Positions 9,305 to 17,508 of a DNA stretch of 29,080 nucleotides are shown piece by piece. The notes below the pieces were generated by a model. That model was not told where the DNA came from and ran no database searches. It saw only the letters and a program-made list of their open reading frames with translations. Made by a program: the position numbers and the translations under genes. Every line of letters begins with the position of its first letter. The first letter of the stretch is position 1. The stretch is from Methylophilaceae bacterium (GTDB taxonomy: Bacteria; Pseudomonadota; Gammaproteobacteria; Burkholderiales; Methylophilaceae), in the NCBI GenBank assembly GCA_052386615.1, contig JBQTJZ010000227.1:1-29080 (forward strand), written 5' to 3'.

Positions 9305-10510
9305 ATGGCAACCTTTAATTATAGGGCAATTGATAAAACTGGCTTGTACGCACAAGGACAGATAGACGCACTTAACGAGGCCGATTTGGAGATTCGGCTG
9401 GAGCGCATGGGTTTGGATTTAATCACCTTCAAATCTACCGAAAAATCTAAAAGCGCCTTCACAAAAAACAGAGTGAGCAACCGTGATTTGGTAATGTTTT
9501 GCTTTCAGTTAGAACAGCTTACTAGCGCGGGAGTTCCTATTTTAGAGGGACTTAATGATCTACGCGAGAGTACGGTTAATCCTTATTTTCAAAAAGTACT
9601 CGGCGCCTTAATTGCAGAGGTAGAAGGTGGAAAAATGCTTTCGCAGGGCATGGCAGAACACCCCGTTGTATTTAACGAGGTATTCGTCAATCTGGTTGCT
9701 GCCGGCGAACAAACCGGGCAATTGCCGGTTGTGTTTGATAACTTGACCAGCACGCTGAAATGGCAAGATGAGCTTTTCTCGCAAACCAAGCGTTTGCTAG
9801 CTTACCCATTATTTGTTCTGGTGGTGGTATTGGGGGCAGTGACTTTTTTGATGGTGTACTTGGTACCGGAAATGGTAAAGTTTATTGGTAGCTTGGGGCA
9901 AGAGTTACCAATACAAACCAAGATTTTAATTTTTATTTCGAATGCATTCGTTAGCTATTGGTGGCTTATTTTAACCGTGCCTTTGGTTGTTGCTGGAGGT
10001 CTTGCCACATGGATTAAACAAAGCCCAGACGCACGTTATAAGTTTGATTATATTAAACTTAATTTACCGATTACCGGTGAAATTTTAAATAAAATCATCA
10101 TGGCACGCTTTGCGCGTTATTTTGCACTGATGTATCAAACGGGCATACCTATTTTACAAGCGATTAAAACTTGTGAGAATATTGTGGGTAACAAAGTGGT
10201 GGCAGACGCATTAAGCCGTGCACATGCCCAAATTAACGCAGGCGATAGCATGAGTGAAAGTTTCAAGAATGCTGGTTTGTTTCCGCCGTTGGTGGTGCGC
10301 ATGATAAAGGTAGGCGAAAATACAGGCGCGCTGGATAAATCATTGCTGAATATCAGCTATTTTTACGATAGAGATGTCAACGAGTTAATGCAAAAAATGC
10401 TTAAATTACTCGAACCAGCATTGACCGTGATTTTAGGGCTAGTATTAGCGTTTATTATGCTATCGGTACTGAGCCCAATCTATGATTCATTTGATAAATT
10501 GAAACTGTAA
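9305..10510 (+). CDS. Type II secretion/type IV pilus platform protein (GspF/PilC/MshG family)
   Basis: QLEQLTSAGVPILEGL, VAAGEQTGQL, LAYPLFVL, LMYQTGIPIL, MIKVGENTGALD, LLEPAL; three TM regions. Confidence 0.93.
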   Translation: MATFNYRAIDKTGLYAQGQIDALNEADLEIRLERMGLDLITFKSTEKSKSAFTKNRVSNRDLVMFCFQLEQLTSAGVPILEGLNDLRESTVNPYFQKVLGALIAEVEGGKMLSQGMAEHPVVFNEVFVNLVAAGEQTGQLPVVFDNLTSTLKWQDELFSQTKRLLAYPLFVLVVVLGAVTFLMVYLVPEMVKFIGSLGQELPIQTKILIFISNAFVSYWWLILTVPLVVAGGLATWIKQSPDARYKFDYIKLNLPITGEILNKIIMARFARYFALMYQTGIPILQAIKTCENIVGNKVVADALSRAHAQINAGDSMSESFKNAGLFPPLVVRMIKVGENTGALDKSLLNISYFYDRDVNELMQKMLKLLEPALTVILGLVLAFIMLSVLSPIYDSFDKLKL

Positions 10511-12108
10511 TGTTTGCAAATTCTCATAAAATAGTGTTATGTGTCACCAACCACAGCTTAACAGCCGGCTTGTGGCATGGTACAAAATTGCACAGCTACC
10601 AGCGCTTTAAAAACCAAGATCAAGACCATACGGCGTTTAGTCAGTATCTAGCAAAACATAGCAATATCAATATCTACTTGATTGTTGATGCGGTTGAGGA
10701 AGATTACAAAATAGAAAGTCTGCCGCATACCACAGGCGGCGCAAGGCGCGAAATAATTGAGCGTAAACTTAACCAGTTTAATAGAAGCAGTCTTTACCGT
10801 ACGGCACATTTTATTAATCGTTCAACCGATAAGCGTAAGGATGATAATTTTTTATTTGTTGCATTGAGCAATGCCGACTTTTTACAAAGCTGGATGGACG
10901 TGATTCAAGCTTCGCATACACCTTTGGTAGGGGTTTATCTGCTGCCTATGATTAGCCAAGTGGTGGTACGGCAGATGAAGCTTATGGCACCTAATATTCT
11001 GCTATGCGAGCGTTTGTCTTCAGGTTTGCGCCAAACTTACCTGCACAATGGCCGCTTGCGTATGAGCCGGTTGGCGCCGATGACGGAAGTGAAGCCTAAT
11101 CAGCTTGCCTATTTTTATTTGGTTGAAATTGAAAAAACGAGACTTTATCTGTTAAGTCAACGTTTGATTTTAGGTGAAACCGCTTTACAAATGGTTTTGC
11201 CGGCTCCTGATAGCACTTATGAAGAAATTGCTAAAAGCATCAGTCAAGATCAGGGCATTGAGTGCAAGACTGTAGATATTCTGGCGTATGCAAAAAATTG
11301 TAATATTGCCCATGAGGTAGTTAAAGCACATCCAGAGTTGTTGCATATGCAACTCTTGGTGAATGGTAACGTGCCAGATAATTTAGCACCTGTTACCTTC
11401 ACAAAAACTTACAATCTCAACAAAATATGTCATAACATTTACCTTGCGTCAGCAGGCATAGCCGTCGCAGGTATTATGTTGGCAGGTTATTATTATTGGC
11501 AGGGGCGTCAACAAATTAATCAAGTGAGTGATGTGGTTGCACAAACACAGCAACAACTGCAGCAATACACCGTGGTTGCGCAAAACTTTCCTGCTACGCC
11601 TATCCCTAGCAATGATCTGAAAATAGCAGCGGAAATTGCACAAACTATTAAAACTTATGACCAAACACCGCGGCAACTCATGCAAGTGCTTAGTGCGGCA
11701 TGCGAGCAATCACCCGAAATTATGCTTAATAGAGTGCGCTGGGTGCAAACCAATTTAATCGATATTAAAGATGAAGACACGACCCAGCTGGCAACTACAG
11801 CCTCAAATGTGCAACCTGTGCCAGTGAATGATCCGAGCAAACTAAGACAAATTGGCTTTATTAATGCAGAAATTAAAGGATTTAGCGGCGATTATCGTGC
11901 TGCCTTAGCGAGTGTGAGTCGCTTGGCTGGCATACTGCGTGCAGACACACTGGTTGAGCAAGTGGTCATTTTACAGGAACCTGTTAATGTGAGCTCGCTG
12001 GCGAATTTACAAGGTAGCACCAAGGATGAAGGCAATACTGAACGCACACCAGCCATATTCAAATTAAAAGTAGTATTAAAGCCGATACAAAATGGAGCTA
12101 AAGGATGA
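10510..12108 (+). CDS. Putative alignment protein, PilM-like cytoplasmic domain + TM + PilN-like periplasmic domain (MshI/GspL-like)
   Basis: TAATG overlap with the previous gene; one TM (IYLASAGIAVAGIMLAGYYYW) at ~aa 310-330 followed by a Q-rich coiled coil; position between platform and PilO-like gene. Family assignment rests on architecture and context only. Confidence 0.6.
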   Translation: MFANSHKIVLCVTNHSLTAGLWHGTKLHSYQRFKNQDQDHTAFSQYLAKHSNINIYLIVDAVEEDYKIESLPHTTGGARREIIERKLNQFNRSSLYRTAHFINRSTDKRKDDNFLFVALSNADFLQSWMDVIQASHTPLVGVYLLPMISQVVVRQMKLMAPNILLCERLSSGLRQTYLHNGRLRMSRLAPMTEVKPNQLAYFYLVEIEKTRLYLLSQRLILGETALQMVLPAPDSTYEEIAKSISQDQGIECKTVDILAYAKNCNIAHEVVKAHPELLHMQLLVNGNVPDNLAPVTFTKTYNLNKICHNIYLASAGIAVAGIMLAGYYYWQGRQQINQVSDVVAQTQQQLQQYTVVAQNFPATPIPSNDLKIAAEIAQTIKTYDQTPRQLMQVLSAACEQSPEIMLNRVRWVQTNLIDIKDEDTTQLATTASNVQPVPVNDPSKLRQIGFINAEIKGFSGDYRAALASVSRLAGILRADTLVEQVVILQEPVNVSSLANLQGSTKDEGNTERTPAIFKLKVVLKPIQNGAKG

Positions 12109-12722
12109 TGCTTACTCCACAAGACTGGCGCAAACTACGTTATCCCATTCTGGGGCTGGGGACAGTAATGGTTATCGTGGGTTTGCTGGTGAGTCTAGCT
12201 GAGCAATACTACACTAAAAATCAAACTGTCCTGCAAACACAACAGAGCCTGCTAGATCAAGCACGACAAAAATTTCAATCTTCTGGTTTGGAGAAAGAAA
12301 CGATTATGCAGTACCTACCCATTTACAACGATTTACTGATTATGGGGTTTATTGGTGAAGAGCGTCGCATTGAATGGATCGAACAATTGCGACAAATTCA
12401 TGCCCAACATAAATTATTTAGTATCGATTACCAAATTGGTTTGCAGGAGCCCTATAGTCCCAGTTTTATTCCCAGTATGGGCAATTTTTCCATGCAACGC
12501 TCTATTATGAGGCTGAATTTGGATATGCTACACGAAGGTGATTTAATCAACTTATTAGATGGCTTACATGAGCAAACTGCACCACTTATTGTGCGCGATT
12601 GTGAAATTAAACGCCCGATTGGTGCCATAGTGAACACCAAAAACCTTACCTCAAACCTAAAAGCCGCGTGTGAAATAGATTGGCTAACATTGCGCGACCC
12701 ACAACTCGCAGGAGTTCTATAA
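12105..12722 (+). CDS. Putative PilO/MshJ/GspM-like inner-membrane protein
   Basis: ATGA overlap; N-terminal TM then coiled coil; LHEGDLINLLDGL and ACEIDWLT resemble the ferredoxin-like periplasmic fold of this class; context. Confidence 0.6.
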   Translation: MMLTPQDWRKLRYPILGLGTVMVIVGLLVSLAEQYYTKNQTVLQTQQSLLDQARQKFQSSGLEKETIMQYLPIYNDLLIMGFIGEERRIEWIEQLRQIHAQHKLFSIDYQIGLQEPYSPSFIPSMGNFSMQRSIMRLNLDMLHEGDLINLLDGLHEQTAPLIVRDCEIKRPIGAIVNTKNLTSNLKAACEIDWLTLRDPQLAGVL

Positions 12723-13213
12723 TGCGATTTTTTGCGTTTTTAATAATGGCTAGTCTGCCACTCATTGGTTCGCAACCAGCTTTTGCCGCCGAACCGATTG
12801 GCCGATTATTCACCACGCCAGCCGAGCGTAGCAATTTGGATTACTTAAGACAAAGTAAAAAAAATATTTCTATTAAAACGGATATGGCCATAGAACTGGC
12901 GGCAGAACCCGAACCAATTGAGCTACCCGATGCGATCAACATGCAAGGCTACGTGAAACGTAACGATGGCAAGCAGGGTACCGTGTGGATTAACAATAAA
13001 GCGTTGCAAGAGAATACCGGCAATAAAGATGTGGTCGTTGGCAAATTGCCCAGAGATGGCAACCGGGTACCGATTAGACTGCCCGCTAATGGTAAGCGTC
13101 TTACGCTAAAGGCAGGGCAGGTATACGACCCAGAAAATAACCAAGTGCGTGAGGCTAGAGCTTATGCCTCACAAGGTGATACGGGAAGAATTGGTGATGA
13201 AGACACGCCATAA
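12722..13213 (+). CDS. Exported protein, MshK/PilP-like position (start revised from 12680 to ATG 12722)
   Basis: TAATG overlap at 12720-12724 in frame with the ORF; signal peptide MRFFAFLIMASLPLIGSQPAFA-AE; GRLFTTPAERSNLD; GYVKRNDGKQGTVWINN beta-rich domain. Confidence 0.6.
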   Translation: MRFFAFLIMASLPLIGSQPAFAAEPIGRLFTTPAERSNLDYLRQSKKNISIKTDMAIELAAEPEPIELPDAINMQGYVKRNDGKQGTVWINNKALQENTGNKDVVVGKLPRDGNRVPIRLPANGKRLTLKAGQVYDPENNQVREARAYASQGDTGRIGDEDTP

Positions 13214-14510
13214 CCAACGGGGCTTGGCTTTATTAGTACTGGTTTTTTTTCTCACTTTGATAATAACTGGTTACGCAGTTCAAACTTTAGATTCAACAGA
13301 AATAAAAAATGAAAGAGACAAAAAAACCGCTGCAGCTTTAGCCGAGGCTAAGCTGGCCTTGTTGGGTTATGCTTCATCTGTAAACTTGGGCAGCTGTTCA
13401 AGTGCAACTAATTGTGCCAGACCCGGCGACTTGCCTTGCCCAGATAGAAATAATGATGGTGTCGCTGAAACTGGTTGTGGAAATGCCTCGGGCAGCACCA
13501 ATCAGGCTTTTCGCCTAGGAAGATTGCCCTGGAGAACACTAGCGCTTCCAGATTTACGAGATGGCGATGGTGAGCGATTATGGTACGCAGTATCAAGCCG
13601 CTATAAATACAATACTCGTTATCGCCCACTGAATACGGATACCGTGGCCACCATTACCGTTAGAAATAGCAGTGGCGCTATTATTAATAATGGAGTGACT
13701 ACCATTGGTAGCGGCGCAGTTGCCGTCCTCATAGCGCCCGGGGCGGCTATTGTGCGCGCTGATAGCATTTCTCAAGTGAGAGATGGTGCAAATGAAAATG
13801 TTGCTGTTAATTACCTTGATGTTGCCTTAGGCGAAGATAATCAAAATTTCACAGACGGTAATACTAATGGATTCATTATGGGTATAGCAAAAGATGGTAC
13901 GGGCAGAACCATACTGAATGACAAGTTACTCACCATTACGCGCAATGAAATGAATCAGGTGATGGAAGCTAGAGCGCTGGCAGAGGTAAAGAATCATCTA
14001 AGGAGTTACTATTCGGCATTGGGAGGACGATCTTACCCACAACCCGCTAATTTCAACGATACTGGCTGTTTGGGCGGGGCTAACATCGTATCGCCGAACT
14101 GTCCGGAGGGCACATTAACACATGGACGTATACCAGCCAATCCAAGTACTCCCTGGGATGCAACTTCCATATTGCGTGGACAAGCAGATAGCAATTGGTT
14201 TCAGCTGAATGCCTGGCGAGAAGTAATCTATTATGCAGTGGCCCCAGCATGTGTGACAGGCACCACAAATTGTAGCGGCGTGGGGTTTTTAACACTTAAT
14301 AATGCATTAGTTACCCCCACCAGCACTAAAGAATTCGTGTTAATAGGTTCAAGTGTTAGCCTGGGCGCGCAGGTTCGAGCTACAAACGCAAATAGAACGC
14401 AAGAAGTGAATTATTTAGAAAACGAAAATTTGACACCATTGGATGATACTTACGTGCGTACATTGCCAATGACATCATTAATTAACGATAGAGCTATTAG
14501 CTTCCCATGA
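13197..14510 (+). CDS. Large prepilin-like protein lacking Glu+5 (PilX/GspK-type minor pilin), 437 aa (start revised from 13149 to ATG 13197)
   Basis: MKTRHNQRG/LALLVLVFFLTLII class III signal with Val at +5; Cys pairs; two homologous globular halves. Confidence 0.75.
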   Translation: MKTRHNQRGLALLVLVFFLTLIITGYAVQTLDSTEIKNERDKKTAAALAEAKLALLGYASSVNLGSCSSATNCARPGDLPCPDRNNDGVAETGCGNASGSTNQAFRLGRLPWRTLALPDLRDGDGERLWYAVSSRYKYNTRYRPLNTDTVATITVRNSSGAIINNGVTTIGSGAVAVLIAPGAAIVRADSISQVRDGANENVAVNYLDVALGEDNQNFTDGNTNGFIMGIAKDGTGRTILNDKLLTITRNEMNQVMEARALAEVKNHLRSYYSALGGRSYPQPANFNDTGCLGGANIVSPNCPEGTLTHGRIPANPSTPWDATSILRGQADSNWFQLNAWREVIYYAVAPACVTGTTNCSGVGFLTLNNALVTPTSTKEFVLIGSSVSLGAQVRATNANRTQEVNYLENENLTPLDDTYVRTLPMTSLINDRAISFP

Positions 14511-15265
14511 AGATATATCTATATTTAACGAATAAAAACCAAGGATTTACCTTGGTTGAAATGTCTATTGTTTTAGTGGTTATCGGTTTGCTAGTAGCCG
14601 CTTTTCTTACACCGCTATCTGCCCACATTGATCAAAGAAATTATGGGGAAACGAATAAGCGGCTTGAAGAAGCAAAAGAAGCGCTTTACGGCTATGCCTT
14701 GAGTCATGCAGCAACTACGGATGGTAGACCCTATTTGCCATGCCCTGATACGAATAATGATGGATTAGAAGAAGTTAGAAATGGCGCTGGTGTTTGTCCG
14801 TCACAGGAAGGACGTTTGGCTTGGGTTACTTTAGGGCTAGAACGGGCAGACAGTTGGGGCAACTTATTTCGTTATCGGGTTCACCCAAACTTTTCAAACT
14901 CAGCTACGGGTTTCTCTTTGTCTAGCTTGGCTAATCTTCGCGTTTGCCAAAATAGTGCCTGTAGCTTTATTAACGCTAATGATACTCCTGCCATCATAGT
15001 GTCACACGGAAAAAACGGATACGGCAGCTATAATGGCGAATCTGGCACTGTAATTCAGGTACCAGTTAGTCTAGGAGCAGATGAACTGGCAAACATGGAT
15101 GGGCGCGATAACCCTAGACCGGGCAATAATACCGCCGACACAGTTGACACTGCGAATGTTGATTTCGTGAGTACTGTTCAAGCTAGCACTTTTGATGATG
15201 TCGTGGTGTGGGTGTCTCCTAATATTCTGTTTAATCGTATGGTGGCTGCAGGAAGACTGCCTTAA
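14507..15265 (+). CDS. Prepilin-type N-terminal cleavage/methylation protein (minor pilin/pseudopilin)
   Basis: NQG/FTLVEMSIVLVVIGLL with Glu+5; ATGA overlap with the previous gene; C-terminal FDDVVVWVS...AAGRLP. Confidence 0.88.
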   Translation: MKIYLYLTNKNQGFTLVEMSIVLVVIGLLVAAFLTPLSAHIDQRNYGETNKRLEEAKEALYGYALSHAATTDGRPYLPCPDTNNDGLEEVRNGAGVCPSQEGRLAWVTLGLERADSWGNLFRYRVHPNFSNSATGFSLSSLANLRVCQNSACSFINANDTPAIIVSHGKNGYGSYNGESGTVIQVPVSLGADELANMDGRDNPRPGNNTADTVDTANVDFVSTVQASTFDDVVVWVSPNILFNRMVAAGRLP

Positions 15266-15268
15266 CGC

Positions 15269-16015
15269 ATGAACGACAATCAGCTGTTACGTTACAGCCG
15301 TCATATATTGCTTCCGCAAGTAGGTTATGAAGGACAGGAAAAGCTTACACAAAGCCACGCTTTGATTGTTGGCGCGGGGGGGCTGGGTTCGCCAGCTGCT
15401 TTATATTTAGCCGCTTCGGGCGTAGGTAAGCTTACTATTTGTGATTTTGATATGGTAGATTTAACCAATTTACAGCGGCAGATTATTCATACCACAGAAT
15501 CTGTCGGCATCAATAAAGCGGTTTCGGCACAACACACCTTGTACGAAATAAATCCTGAGGTGGTGGTGCAGGCGGTTCAAAAAAAATCTACCGAAGCGCA
15601 ATTGGCAGAGCTGCTAATTGACGTAGATGTGGTGATTGATTGCAGTGATAATTTTGCCACGCGTTACGCCTTAAACCGAGTGTGTCTCGCCGGCAAAAAA
15701 CCATTAGTATCCGGTGCGGCGGTGCGTTTTGAGGGGCAAATAACTGTATTTGATTTTCGTCATGAAAATAGTCCGTGTTACCATTGTTTATTTTCCGATA
15801 TGGGCGAAGATCAAGAATTACGTTGCGCTGAAAACGGCGTGTTCTCGCCACTGGTGGGGATGATAGGCACAACGCAAGCGGCCGAAGCCTTAAAGCTTAT
15901 CATGAATATTGGGGATAGTTTGCAAGGACGTTTGTTGCTGTTGGATGTACTTGGTATGGAATGGCGCACCATCAAGTTGGCGCGCGACCCCCAATGCTTG
16001 GTTTGCGGCAACTAG
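15269..16015 (+). CDS. moeB: MoeB/ThiF/HesA family adenylyltransferase, probably molybdopterin-synthase adenylyltransferase
   Basis: RYSRHILLP, VGAGGLGS, DMVDLTNLQRQ, DCSDNFATRY, CYHC and CLVC zinc pairs; no fused rhodanese. Confidence 0.85.
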   Translation: MNDNQLLRYSRHILLPQVGYEGQEKLTQSHALIVGAGGLGSPAALYLAASGVGKLTICDFDMVDLTNLQRQIIHTTESVGINKAVSAQHTLYEINPEVVVQAVQKKSTEAQLAELLIDVDVVIDCSDNFATRYALNRVCLAGKKPLVSGAAVRFEGQITVFDFRHENSPCYHCLFSDMGEDQELRCAENGVFSPLVGMIGTTQAAEALKLIMNIGDSLQGRLLLLDVLGMEWRTIKLARDPQCLVCGN

Positions 16016-16016
16016 A

Positions 16017-16859
16017 TTATTTTCCACCAATTAGATTTTTGACGGCGCCCACTAAATCACCAGGCATCACCACAATTTTGCTGTTATCAGAGGCAGATAT
16101 TTTTTGTAATGCAGTAATGTAGCGATCGCCTAACAAAAATGTAGCAGAAGCGTTATTTTCTTTGACCGCCTCGGTAATAAATTTAATCGATTCTGACGAC
16201 GCTTTAGCTGCCACCATTTGTGCTTCAGCATCTTTACGTGCGGCTTCCAAGCGTGCTTCTGCATTTAATATCAGTGATTGTTTATCACCTTCAGCACGGG
16301 TCACTACCGCCACGCGTTCACGTTCTGCACTGGCTTGTTGCTCCATGGCGTGTTGCATGTTGGCAGAGGGCTTGATATCTTGAATTTCTACCGATTTTAC
16401 GGTTAATCCCCAATCGAGGGCTTCATCCGCAATCGCCCCTTTCAGTTCTGCTTTAATACGGTCACGCGAGGTCAGTGCATGGTTTAAATCCATGCCGCCA
16501 ATAATCGAGCGTAGGTTAGTTTGCACCATATTACGCATGGCTTCGCGGAAATTCTCAATGCCATACACAGCACGTTCTATGCTACTGACTTTTATAAAAG
16601 CGACAGCATTAGCTAAAATTACTGCATTATCGGCAGTAATGACTTCTTGTTCGGGAATTTCTAAAATAATATCTTTAGTAGTAACCTTATAACTTACGCG
16701 ACTAAAAACCGGGTTAATCACGTGCAGGCCAGGACTAAGCACGCCGGCAAATTTACCCAATCGCTCTACCACCCATTCCTCCCCCTGTGGCACAATGCGC
16801 ACGCCTTTGAATATGGCGATAACAGCTAAAAGTATGAGTACTAAACTAAATTCTGTCAT
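16017..16859 (-). CDS. SPFH/band 7 (QmcA/paraslipin-like) membrane protein
   Basis: N-terminal TM, VRIVPQGEEWVVERLGKF, QEVITADNA, LRSIIGGM, WGLTVKSVEIQDI, AERER...AEG coiled coil. Confidence 0.93.
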   Translation of the reverse strand: MTEFSLVLILLAVIAIFKGVRIVPQGEEWVVERLGKFAGVLSPGLHVINPVFSRVSYKVTTKDIILEIPEQEVITADNAVILANAVAFIKVSSIERAVYGIENFREAMRNMVQTNLRSIIGGMDLNHALTSRDRIKAELKGAIADEALDWGLTVKSVEIQDIKPSANMQHAMEQQASAERERVAVVTRAEGDKQSLILNAEARLEAARKDAEAQMVAAKASSESIKFITEAVKENNASATFLLGDRYITALQKISASDNSKIVVMPGDLVGAVKNLIGGK

Positions 16860-16883
16860 GATTTTTTCCTAAATAAATTAGCA

Positions 16884-17327
16884 TTAAAGCGGTTCAATTC
16901 TTAAAGCGTTACCTTCTACGGCAATCACGCGTGCTTGGGTGTCTTTTGCCATGTCGGTGTTAGCAATCGCAGGCCATTCACGGCTACCCATCAAACCTTG
17001 GGTGAAGCGTATAGTGCCATTTTGGTTTGGTCCACAGGCCTTGGTTAAGGTACCAATACGTCCAATTTCTTCACCTTGCGCCTGACCTACACGTGAATGC
17101 GTTTCAGTTTTTTTATAGTTGAGTTTCCAAATGGCGAGCGAGCTAAACGAGAGGATAGCGAACATGGCAAATTGTATGGCGGGCGGCATATTAGGAAATA
17201 ACCACATAGTTACGCCCACGCACAAAGCTGAAACAGCAAACCACAACACGTAAAAAGTACCCGTGGCCATTTCTACAGCGAGCAATACCAACCCAATCGC
17301 TCCCCAAATCCACATCGCTTCAATCAT
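16884..17327 (-). CDS. NfeD-like (YbbJ-type) membrane protein
   Basis: WIWGAIGLVLLAVEMATGTFYVLWF TM hairpin; C-terminal OB-like GSREWPA...VIAVEGNALRI; directly upstream of the SPFH gene (canonical pairing). Confidence 0.88.
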   Translation of the reverse strand: MIEAMWIWGAIGLVLLAVEMATGTFYVLWFAVSALCVGVTMWLFPNMPPAIQFAMFAILSFSSLAIWKLNYKKTETHSRVGQAQGEEIGRIGTLTKACGPNQNGTIRFTQGLMGSREWPAIANTDMAKDTQARVIAVEGNALRIEPL

Positions 17328-17508
17328 AATTCACCTCTTGTCGTGTATAAATACTTGGAATATCTTAGCACTATTTTTTTCACGTCATCCATTTTGCAAC
17401 AATGATTAGTATAAATGATTATTTAAGTTACCTTAGCGTTAGCTCGCCCGATTAAAGCCAAAAAGTGTAAACTGATTGCAGAATAAGGAATAACGCAAAA
17501 TTTTATCA

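Noticed and set aside
12680-12721. ORF-track start at 12680 and, likewise, 13149 for the next gene
   Set aside because: Both give long overlaps and bury the signal peptides; ATG 12722 and ATG 13197 give clean export signals.
16017-17327. NfeD-SPFH pair as a novel system
   Set aside because: This is a widespread, well-known pairing (ybbJ-qmcA type) with nothing unusual in the sequence.
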